64,000 bases of DNA from Longimicrobiales bacterium (GTDB lineage Bacteria > Gemmatimonadota > Gemmatimonadetes > Longimicrobiales > Gaopeijiaceae): the NCBI GenBank assembly GCA_965226375.1, contig CBDDCX010000004.1, positions 1 to 64,000 on the forward strand, given 5' to 3'. The position numbers and the translations under genes were made by a program. The notes under the pieces are model-generated. The model was not told the DNA's origin. It saw only the letters and a list, made by a program, of their open reading frames with translations, and made no database searches. This document shows, piece after piece, positions 56,299 through 64,000 of this stretch (position 1 is its first letter; each line of letters starts with the position of its first letter).

Positions 56299-57543
56299 TT
56301 AGGCCCCCCGCTCGTCCAAGACGCTACCGCCGTTCTTTTCGACGGTGCCAGGCTTCACGACTTCGATGTCGAGCCTGAGCTTCACCGCCTGCTCGAGCGA
56401 GCGCTGCACCGCAGCCGTGTCGAGAGCGACAAGGTCGTCCGCCTCGATGCGCACCGTCAACCGGTCCACATGCCCCTCGGCCGTGACTACCCCCTGCCAC
56501 CCCACCACCTCCGGATAGGACCCCAGCGCGCCGGCGATCTGCCTGGGATGCACGAACATCCCCTTCACCTTCACACCCTCCCCCACCCTACCCAGAAAGC
56601 CCTTCAACCGACCGCTGGTGCGACCGCACGGACACGCACCCTCGACGAATGCGGACAGGTCACCCGTACCGAACCGGACAAGGGGATACGTCTCGTTGGG
56701 GCTCGTGACAACGACCTCGCCCGTCTCACCCGCGGGAAGGGGGGCACCCGTAGCCGGGTCGGTGATCTCGATCGCCACCCCGGGCGCTATGTGCCACCCC
56801 ATCCTCTCCGCACACTCGAAGCCGAGGGTGCCCGCATCCGCTGTTCCGTACGACTCGTAGGCATCGACACCGTGCTCGGTCCGGACTGCCTCCCGCATGG
56901 CCGGAAAGAACGGCCCCCCGGTCACGAGCGCTCGCTCCAGCCCCAAGGTGGCGCCCATCTCCACTGCCTTCTCCAGGAGTACGAGCAGGAACTGGGGCGT
57001 ACCCACGTAGCCGGTCACCCCTGCCACACGGGCCAGCTCGACCTGCGCGGCCGAGTTACCAACCCCGCCAGGGATGACCACACACCCCACCTCCCGGAGG
57101 CCGGCGTCCAGCATCAGACCACCGGGCGTCAGGTGGTACGAGAACGTGTTGAGCACCACCTGGCCGGCCTCGAAGCCGGCGGCGTGGAGCGCGGGGGCCA
57201 CACGCCAGAAGTCCGGACCCTGACCCTGCGGATCGAGGATGGGACCGGGCGACGTGAAGATCCGTTTCAGATCTCTGACGGGGACGGCCAGCATACCTCC
57301 GAAAGGAGGTGACGCGGCCTGAAGATCCGGAAGGCTGTCTTTGGAGAGGACCGGTATCGACGCCAAGTCCGACAGGCCCCGAATGCTGTCAGCCTCCACG
57401 CCTGCCGCGGCCAGACGGGCGGCGACCTCGGCTGACTGCTCGGAGGCGTAAGTAACAGCCCGCCTGACCAGTTCATCCCGATGTTCCTGCCAATTTGGCA
57501 GATATTCTGGCCCTGCAATGCCGTGAGGGGCTCGTTCGCTCAC
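56299..57543 (-). CDS. Phenylacetate-CoA ligase family protein
   Basis: FTSPGPI, FSYHLTPGG, YGTADAG, RFGTGDLS, KVKGMFVHP; GTGA overlap with the upstream gene. Confidence 0.88.
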   Translation of the reverse strand: MSERAPHGIAGPEYLPNWQEHRDELVRRAVTYASEQSAEVAARLAAAGVEADSIRGLSDLASIPVLSKDSLPDLQAASPPFGGMLAVPVRDLKRIFTSPGPILDPQGQGPDFWRVAPALHAAGFEAGQVVLNTFSYHLTPGGLMLDAGLREVGCVVIPGGVGNSAAQVELARVAGVTGYVGTPQFLLVLLEKAVEMGATLGLERALVTGGPFFPAMREAVRTEHGVDAYESYGTADAGTLGFECAERMGWHIAPGVAIEITDPATGAPLPAGETGEVVVTSPNETYPLVRFGTGDLSAFVEGACPCGRTSGRLKGFLGRVGEGVKVKGMFVHPRQIAGALGSYPEVVGWQGVVTAEGHVDRLTVRIEADDLVALDTAAVQRSLEQAVKLRLDIEVVKPGTVEKNGGSVLDERGA

Positions 57544-58334
57544 GAGAGCCATCGCTTCCGGCGCCGGTAGTGCTTCACGTCACGATAGGAGCGCCGCTGA
57601 TCCCCGGCGCCGAGCCCCAGATAGAACTCCTTCACGTCGGCGTTGTCCCTGAGGCTGTCCGCCGTGCCCTCGAGCACTATGCGTCCCCCTTCCATCACGT
57701 ACCCGACGTCCGCAACGGACAGGGCGATCCGCGCGTTCTGCTCCACCAGGAGAATGGTGGTCCCCTCCTCGCGGTTGATGCGTGCGAGGGTCTCGAAGAT
57801 CGAGCGGACCAACAGGGGCGCCAGGCCCAGAGAGGGCTCATCCAGAAGCATGAGACGAGGGCGAGCCATCAGCGCCCGGCCCACGGCGAGCATCTGCTGC
57901 TCTCCACCGGACAGATACCCGGCGTGCTGCTTGGCCCGCTCACCCAAGCGCGGGAAGTACTCGAAGACCCTCTCGACATCCGGGCGCACTTCACCCCGGT
58001 CTCGCCGGGTGTAGGCACCGGCCAGGAGGTTCTCCTCCACAGTCAGGGTCTCGAAGACTCGCCGCCCTTCCATCACCTGGAAGATGCCGCCACGCACGAT
58101 CTCCGAGGCGCCCATTCCGTGGATGTCTCGCCCCTGGAACTCGATTTTACCGTCCGAGACCCGGCCATCGTCGGGTTCCAGAAGGCCGGAGATGGCCTTC
58201 AGTGTCGTGGTCTTGCCCGCGCCGTTGGGGCCAAGCAGAGCGGTTATCGAGCCTTCGGCCACAGAGAGTGACAAACCCTTGAGAACCAGGATCACCTCGT
58301 CGTAGCGGACCTCGACGTTGGTCAGGTCCAACAT
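57540..58334 (-). CDS. ABC transporter ATP-binding protein (LivF-like)
   Basis: GPNGAGKTT, LSGGEQQM, DEPSLGLAP, C-terminal KHYRRRKRWLS. Confidence 0.92.
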   Translation of the reverse strand: MLDLTNVEVRYDEVILVLKGLSLSVAEGSITALLGPNGAGKTTTLKAISGLLEPDDGRVSDGKIEFQGRDIHGMGASEIVRGGIFQVMEGRRVFETLTVEENLLAGAYTRRDRGEVRPDVERVFEYFPRLGERAKQHAGYLSGGEQQMLAVGRALMARPRLMLLDEPSLGLAPLLVRSIFETLARINREEGTTILLVEQNARIALSVADVGYVMEGGRIVLEGTADSLRDNADVKEFYLGLGAGDQRRSYRDVKHYRRRKRWLS

Positions 58335-58338
58335 CGAC

Positions 58339-59532
58339 TCAGCGTCCGCCGTTGGCCGAAGGACGCCGGAAGTCCGTGATGGGATCCCACACACCCCCGT
58401 CCACCCGATACAGGCGAACGGCCTTTGCACCGCGATGATCCTCCGGACTAAAGGTGATCGGTGCCGTCACGCCGCCCATATCCATCTGCGACACCCCCTC
58501 CAGCGCAGCCTTGATGTTTTCTCCGGTGACCTCTTGGTCGGCCTCTATAACACGTCCGATGCCTTCGGCCAAGACGGCCATCGTCCACCAGCCCTGGGTC
58601 AGAGCGTTGCTCTTCTCTTCGATGGCCTCACCCTTCGCCTCCAGCAGCGTGCGGATGTCCTGAGTGCCCGTCAGCTCACTGGCGACCGGAGCGAACGGCA
58701 TGGAGCCGATCACTCCCTCGGACGCCTCGGGGGCGAGGCTGACCAGCAGCCGGTTCGCACACCAATTCAAGCACACAAAAGTGACGTCCAACCCAAGGCT
58801 CCGTGCGTTGCGTACTGCCAGCGCCACCGGACCCGACGTGTTCTGAAAGACCACGTACTTCGCCCCGGCCTGCCTGATCCGGGTCAGCTCGGCAGTGAAG
58901 TCGGTAGCGCCGCGGGGCATTTCATAGGCCCGAGCGTCGACCCCAATCCGCGCAGCATAAGCCTCCCCGCCCTGCTGCCAAGGAGACAACCCAAAAGGGC
59001 TGGCGTTGTGCATCAGCGCTACGGAGGGTCGCCCGGCCTCACCCCTGGAGGCGTAGTCCTCCTTGATCCAGTCGAGAACGATAAAGAACTGGTCGCTGTA
59101 GGTGGCGGCCACCAAGAAGTTGTAGGGAGCGTCCTCGGCATCGCCCAGACGGTGGGACAGCGACGCGGACGTGAACGGAAGCTGATCCTCGACGATGCGC
59201 CGCTGCAGCGCCTCCGTGTCTCCCGTACCCCATCCCATGAACGCGACCACACCCTCCTGTACGAACTGGCTGTAGAGCTGCTCGGCCCGGCTCACGTCGT
59301 ACCCGTAATCCTGGTAGATGAGGTCGATGGGCCGACCCTCGATCCCGCCCGTCCCGTTGCGCCACTCGACGTAGGCGCGGATCCCCTCCGCGTAGTCCGT
59401 CCCAACGTCCGCCGTGGGCCCACTGAGGTCGAAGATGGCGCCGATCTTGATCGCGTTGGAGTCGTTGGAGGCCACACCCCCACAGGCGAGCGCCAACGGA
59501 AGCAAGATCAGACATGAGGCGAGTCTTCTCAT
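58339..59532 (-). CDS. ABC transporter substrate-binding lipoprotein (LivK-like)
   Basis: Lipobox ALAC, IKIGAIFDLSGP, NGTGGIEGRP, GWGTGDT; AAGGAG RBS. Confidence 0.9.
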   Translation of the reverse strand: MRRLASCLILLPLALACGGVASNDSNAIKIGAIFDLSGPTADVGTDYAEGIRAYVEWRNGTGGIEGRPIDLIYQDYGYDVSRAEQLYSQFVQEGVVAFMGWGTGDTEALQRRIVEDQLPFTSASLSHRLGDAEDAPYNFLVAATYSDQFFIVLDWIKEDYASRGEAGRPSVALMHNASPFGLSPWQQGGEAYAARIGVDARAYEMPRGATDFTAELTRIRQAGAKYVVFQNTSGPVALAVRNARSLGLDVTFVCLNWCANRLLVSLAPEASEGVIGSMPFAPVASELTGTQDIRTLLEAKGEAIEEKSNALTQGWWTMAVLAEGIGRVIEADQEVTGENIKAALEGVSQMDMGGVTAPITFSPEDHRGAKAVRLYRVDGGVWDPITDFRRPSANGGR

Positions 59533-59575
59533 CCAGCGCTCCTTTGCCGGGACGGCGCCCCAGCGGGCACCACCT

Positions 59576-60625
59576 TCATGATCGGTACGCATAAGGCCAA
59601 ACGTGGAAGTAATCCTTCACGTTTCGCCACAGCTTGGCGAGTCCCTCGGGCTCGAGGACAACGAACAGGATGATAACGACCCCGAACACGGCCTGCTGCA
59701 CGTGGGGCATCACTCCCGCGACGGCGGGTGCGGAGTCCTGGAGGGCCCGTCCCAGCGTACCGATGCCCGCCGGCAACAAGGTGATCAGCACAGCGCCGAA
59801 GAACGAGCCCGACACACTACCCAGACCGCCGACGATGATCATGGCCAGGTACACGATGCTGGTCTCGAGCGTGAACCGCTCCCACGTGACGATCGTGCGG
59901 TAGTAGGCGATGAGCGCCCCGGACAACCCGACAAAGAACGACGAGGTCGCAAAAGCCAGCAGCTTGTACCGGAAGACGTTCACACCCATGGCGCTCGCCG
60001 CGATGTCCTGGTCGCGGATCGCCACGAAGGCCCGGCCGACCCGAGAGCGGAAAAGATTCGCGGCAAACAGCGCGGTGCCCGCTGCCGCGGCGGCACCCAA
60101 CCAGTAGAACCGGAAGTCCGTGTTCATGCGAAGACCGAACAGCATGGGCGACGGCAGCACCAGGGCCTCGGTGCCTCCGGTCAGGAAGGTCGAGTGAGTC
60201 ACCACCCACTCCACGATCTCCTGGGCGGCGAGGGTGGCCACCGCCAGGTAGAGTCCCTTCAGGCGAAGCGATGGGAGCCCGAAGAACACGCCCACCGCCG
60301 CTGTGAGCAAAGCCGCCAGCACCATGCTCACCCCCCAGGGCAGTCCCAACCTCAACGTCATGAGCCCTGCGCCGTAGGCGCCAACCGCCATGAACGCACC
60401 CTGGCCCAACGAGATCTGCCCTGTGTACCCGACCAGAATGTTCAAGCCGATGGCACCCACCGTGGCGATGGCGATCTGGTTGGCCAACGTCAGACCGTAG
60501 GGCGTCGCCACGAAGGGAAACACCAGGACGGCAGCCGCGAACAGCCACAGGCGCAGGCGCTCGGCAGGCTTTCGCCTGAGACCCATGTCCGACCGGTAGT
60601 CGGTAAAGAAGACGCCGCATTCCAT
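59576..60625 (-). CDS. ABC transporter permease (LivM-like)
   Basis: GYTGQISLGQ, LRLKGLYLAVATLA, GRAFVAIRD, IVGGLGS. Confidence 0.92.
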   Translation of the reverse strand: MECGVFFTDYRSDMGLRRKPAERLRLWLFAAAVLVFPFVATPYGLTLANQIAIATVGAIGLNILVGYTGQISLGQGAFMAVGAYGAGLMTLRLGLPWGVSMVLAALLTAAVGVFFGLPSLRLKGLYLAVATLAAQEIVEWVVTHSTFLTGGTEALVLPSPMLFGLRMNTDFRFYWLGAAAAAGTALFAANLFRSRVGRAFVAIRDQDIAASAMGVNVFRYKLLAFATSSFFVGLSGALIAYYRTIVTWERFTLETSIVYLAMIIVGGLGSVSGSFFGAVLITLLPAGIGTLGRALQDSAPAVAGVMPHVQQAVFGVVIILFVVLEPEGLAKLWRNVKDYFHVWPYAYRS

Positions 60626-60689
60626 GGCTAGTGTGCCGCCCCGGGAGTTCGCCGGGACACTAGAGTGCCCCCGTCGGCAGAATGCGACA

Positions 60690-61562
60690 TCAGACGCGCT
60701 CGATGATAGGCCGGCCGAACAGCCCGTAGGGGCGAACCATGAGCACCACGATCAGCACGACGAAGGGTACGACCAGATTCAATCCGTGCCCCACATAGCC
60801 GCCGGTGTACGCCTCCAGGAGCCCGATCACCGCACCGGCGATGACGGCTCCCGCGATGGAGTCCAGGCCACCAAGAATCACGACGGGAAAGACCCGCAGG
60901 CCGACCGCGCTGATGTTCTGGCTCACACCCACGATATTGCCCAGCATGATGCCGCCCAGAGCCGCCGACACACCGGCGAGCGCCCATGCGATGCCGATCA
61001 CCCTCTTGATGCTGATCCCCATGCTCAGTGCCGCTTGCTGGTCGTCGGCGATGGCCCGCATGGCGATGCCGTCCCGCGTGTACCGGAAGAAGAGACCGAG
61101 CAGGATCAGAACCACGGCCGCGGTCGGAATCACGATGAGCCGATCCATACCCAGCACGGCTGATCCTATCGTGATCTCGCCACGTGGCAGAAAGGCCGGA
61201 AACGTACGAGGTCGGGCGCCCCAAACCGCGTTCACCAGGGCTCGCAGCACACTGGACAACCCTACCGTCACCATGATCATGGATATGACGGGCTCCCCGA
61301 TGAGGGGGCGGAGCGCGAGACGCTCGATGAGCAGCCCCAAAACGACAGCCAGCACCAGAGTTAGGGCGACCCCCACACTCCAAGGGAGCCCGATCTGGGC
61401 GATGGTCGAGAAGGAGAGATAGGCTCCGAACAGGAGCAGCTCGCCCTGAGCGAAGTTGATCACGTCGCTGGCCTTGTAGATCACCACGAAGCCGACGGCC
61501 GCAAGGGCGTAGACCATGCCGTTCGAGAGGCCGGAGACCGTCAACTGCAGGAAGATGGCCAC
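60690..61562 (-). CDS. ABC transporter permease (LivH-like)
   Basis: YALAAVGF, INFAQGE, GIAMRAIAD, ILGGLDS, RPYGLFG; start GTG 61562. Confidence 0.92.
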   Translation of the reverse strand: MAIFLQLTVSGLSNGMVYALAAVGFVVIYKASDVINFAQGELLLFGAYLSFSTIAQIGLPWSVGVALTLVLAVVLGLLIERLALRPLIGEPVISMIMVTVGLSSVLRALVNAVWGARPRTFPAFLPRGEITIGSAVLGMDRLIVIPTAAVVLILLGLFFRYTRDGIAMRAIADDQQAALSMGISIKRVIGIAWALAGVSAALGGIMLGNIVGVSQNISAVGLRVFPVVILGGLDSIAGAVIAGAVIGLLEAYTGGYVGHGLNLVVPFVVLIVVLMVRPYGLFGRPIIERV

Positions 61563-61564
61563 GG

Positions 61565-63553
61565 CTACGGCGTCTCCGACGTGTCGGGCGCCGCCCCCGG
61601 CACCAGCGTCTCGATGCGCAACTCGTGCCGCACCATCACCGTTCGCCCGTCCTGGTAGGCGATCTCGGTCTCCACCGCCAAGCTGTCTCGGTCCCCGTAC
61701 AGAGCCTCGACCAGCTCTGCATAACGCTCTCCAATGAAGCGTCGCCGCACCTTTCGTGTTCGGGTCAGCTCGGCGTCGTCCGCGTCCAGTTGCTTGTGCA
61801 GTAGCAGAAACCGGCAGACACGCGCGGCCTCGGGAAGGGTGGCGTTCACCTCCGCCACGTGATCGGTCACAAGGGCATAGACTTCCATCTTCTGCGCCAA
61901 GTCCGTGAACGTCGTGTACGCGATCTGATTCCGTTCGGCCCACTGGCCCGCGTTCTCGTAGTCGATGGCCACCAGGGCGGTCACGAACGGCCAATCCCCA
62001 CCAAAGACCACGGCCTCACGCACATAAGGGCTGAACTTCAGCTGATTTTCGATGAACTGGGGACTGAACGTGCTGCCGTCGGCCAGGATCATGACGTCCT
62101 TGGCCCGATCGATGACCACCAGGTGACCACGGTCGTCCATGTACCCGGCGTCACCGGATCGCAGCCATCCGTCTTTCAGCGCCTCGTCCGTGGCCTCGGC
62201 GTCCCCGTGGTACCCCATGAAGACCGCCGGGCTGCGGGTCAGGATCTCACCGTCTTCGGCGATCTTGACCTCGGTGCCGGGCAGGGGCGTTCCAACGGTC
62301 TGAAAGCGGATGTCCCCGTCGCGATGGACCACGCTGAGCCCGCTGACCTCGGTCTGGCCGTAGAGCTGCTTCAGGTTCACTCCCATGGCATGGAAGAACC
62401 GGAAGACGTCGGGGCCCAGCGCCGCACCACCCGTGTACGCTCGCCTTATGCGCCGTAAGCCGAGCTGATCCTTGAGTGGGATCAGTGTGAGAGCCGACGC
62501 CAGCCGGTGTTTCCACTCGAGTCCCCGCCCCGCCGCCCTCCCCTCGAAACGCGCGTCGGCCATCTCCTTCCCAACCGACATGGACCAGTCGTACACATAG
62601 CGCTTCAGGGGGGTGGAGTCCTCCATCTTGACCTGCACCTCGGACACCATGCTCTCCCAGATGCGGGGAGGTGAGACGATGGCCCTGGGCCCGATCTCAC
62701 GGAGATCGCGGCGCACCGTGCCCGAGTCCTCCGGAAAGTCGATCGTGAATCCGACGACGAGGGCCCACGAGAGCGTCACCATCTGCTCGCCGATCCAGGC
62801 CAGCGGCAGGAACGACACCACGTCGTCGTCCGCCACCATGGGATCGACCTGCTGAAGCTGCTCGGCCATGCTGATCAGGTTGGTGTGGCTGAGCATGGCC
62901 AGCTTGGGGATGCTGGTCGTACCCGATGTGGTACAGAGCAACGCAACACCGTTCGGATCGAGGGCTTGGAGGGTCGTTTCGAACAGGTCGGGCTGCTCAC
63001 GATCCAGCGCCTCACCCAGCTCTTCGACTATCGGGAAGAACAGAAGGTGCTCCGAGTCGTACGTGCCGAGCCCCTTCGCGTCGTGGTAGATGACCCGCTC
63101 AATGCCGGGAAGCTGCCCCTGCACATCCAGAACCTTGTCCACCTGCTCCTGGTCCTCCGCGACGACGATCCGCGCACCCGACGCCTCCAGGACGTATCGG
63201 AGCTCCTCGAGTACGGAGTCCTGATAGATGCCGACCGGCACGGCGCCAAGAGCCTGAGCGGCCAACTCGGAGATCACCCACTCAGGGCGGTTGTCACCGA
63301 TGATCGCAACCTTGTCACCAGGGACCACACCCAACGCCCGCAGGCCAAGGGAGAACCGGCGAACCCGGTCCAGATATCCGGCCCACGTCATCTCCTGCCA
63401 GACGCCGAACTCCTTCTCCCGGAGGGCGACGGCATCGGGGGTAACACGAGCACGGGAAACGAGGAGGCCCGGCAAGGTCGCGGTGGGAGAGGAGGCCTGC
63501 CCAGCGGCTCCCCCACGGTCGGCCATCGGCCCCGGGCGGACGTCGTCGCTCAC
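61565..63553 (-). CDS. Long-chain acyl-CoA synthetase (AMP-binding)
   Basis: TTSGTTSIPK, YGQTE, GWLRSGDAG, IDRAKD, ELTRTRKVRR. Confidence 0.92.
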   Translation of the reverse strand: MSDDVRPGPMADRGGAAGQASSPTATLPGLLVSRARVTPDAVALREKEFGVWQEMTWAGYLDRVRRFSLGLRALGVVPGDKVAIIGDNRPEWVISELAAQALGAVPVGIYQDSVLEELRYVLEASGARIVVAEDQEQVDKVLDVQGQLPGIERVIYHDAKGLGTYDSEHLLFFPIVEELGEALDREQPDLFETTLQALDPNGVALLCTTSGTTSIPKLAMLSHTNLISMAEQLQQVDPMVADDDVVSFLPLAWIGEQMVTLSWALVVGFTIDFPEDSGTVRRDLREIGPRAIVSPPRIWESMVSEVQVKMEDSTPLKRYVYDWSMSVGKEMADARFEGRAAGRGLEWKHRLASALTLIPLKDQLGLRRIRRAYTGGAALGPDVFRFFHAMGVNLKQLYGQTEVSGLSVVHRDGDIRFQTVGTPLPGTEVKIAEDGEILTRSPAVFMGYHGDAEATDEALKDGWLRSGDAGYMDDRGHLVVIDRAKDVMILADGSTFSPQFIENQLKFSPYVREAVVFGGDWPFVTALVAIDYENAGQWAERNQIAYTTFTDLAQKMEVYALVTDHVAEVNATLPEAARVCRFLLLHKQLDADDAELTRTRKVRRRFIGERYAELVEALYGDRDSLAVETEIAYQDGRTVMVRHELRIETLVPGAAPDTSETP

Positions 63554-64000
63554 GGCCCCACCCCGCCGTTGCCATGGTCATCTCCCAGGTATGCCTCCAC
63601 GACAGCCCGATCCGTTCGGATCTGCTCCGGCGTCCCTTCCGCGATCTTCCTTCCGAAGTCGAGGACGGCCACGTGGTCCGAGATGTCCATGACCACGTCC
63701 ATGTCGTGATCGATCACGACCGGAGTCACACCCCACTCGTCGTTTACATCAAGCACGTAGCGGGCGAGCGCCTCCTTCTCTTCCGAGTTCATACCCGCCA
63801 TCGGCTCGTCGAGCAGCAGGAACTCGGGCTGCATGGCGAGAGCCCTACCTAGCTCCACGAGCTTTTGCTGTCCGTAGGCGAGATTCCCCACTCGAGAGCG
63901 TCGAATGGGCTGGAGCTCCAGGAAGTCGATGATCCGCTCTACCTCTTCCCGATGCTCAATCTCACGTGCCTGCTGACGTCCCCAATACAGACCGCAGCTC
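63550..64000 (-). CDS. ABC transporter ATP-binding protein (LivG-like), 5'-truncated by the window edge
   Basis: LAYGQQKLVELGRALA, LLLDEPMAGMN, DHDMDVV; frame stays open to 64000. Confidence 0.9.
   Translation of the reverse strand, partial: SCGLYWGRQQAREIEHREEVERIIDFLELQPIRRSRVGNLAYGQQKLVELGRALAMQPEFLLLDEPMAGMNSEEKEALARYVLDVNDEWGVTPVVIDHDMDVVMDISDHVAVLDFGRKIAEGTPEQIRTDRAVVEAYLGDDHGNGGVGP

Noticed and set aside
167..64000. KOPS (GGGNAGGG) polarity toward dif
   Set aside because: By eye both orientations occur at similar frequency; no claim is possible without a proper count

Overview
High-GC bacterial chromosomal segment. Gene content (SusC/SusD pair, LVIVD propeller, DUF5916 protein, plug-only and Big_2 lipoproteins) suggests Gemmatimonadota; this is inference only. 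The window begins at a probable XerCD dif site (139-166), i.e. the replication terminus. It holds about 45 mostly metabolic, transport or envelope genes: a tightly coupled GMC-oxidoreductase/TIM-barrel/APC-permease/AKR-Rid/GrpB operon; a five-gene respiratory cluster of the type known from Nitrospira (cupredoxin-like lipoprotein, CydA-like 'bd-like' oxidase without CydB, three c-type cytochromes, one with an EbdC-like domain), followed by a frameshifted spermidine dehydrogenase; an outer-membrane SusCD locus; hydrolases; a YeeE/YedE pair with two CxxC-Ig small proteins; ABC-F, ApbE and an SSS symporter; a TldD with Tat-lipoprotein signal plus TldE; a cyclic amidohydrolase/DHDPS-like pair with a dead AGCS transporter; and a Liv-type ABC operon with two acyl-CoA ligases. 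Three genes carry disrupting lesions. I saw no rRNA, tRNA, CRISPR or transposase. Many starts were re-called from RBS and stop/start overlaps and differ from the ORF track. All family calls are from motif recognition by eye, not searches.
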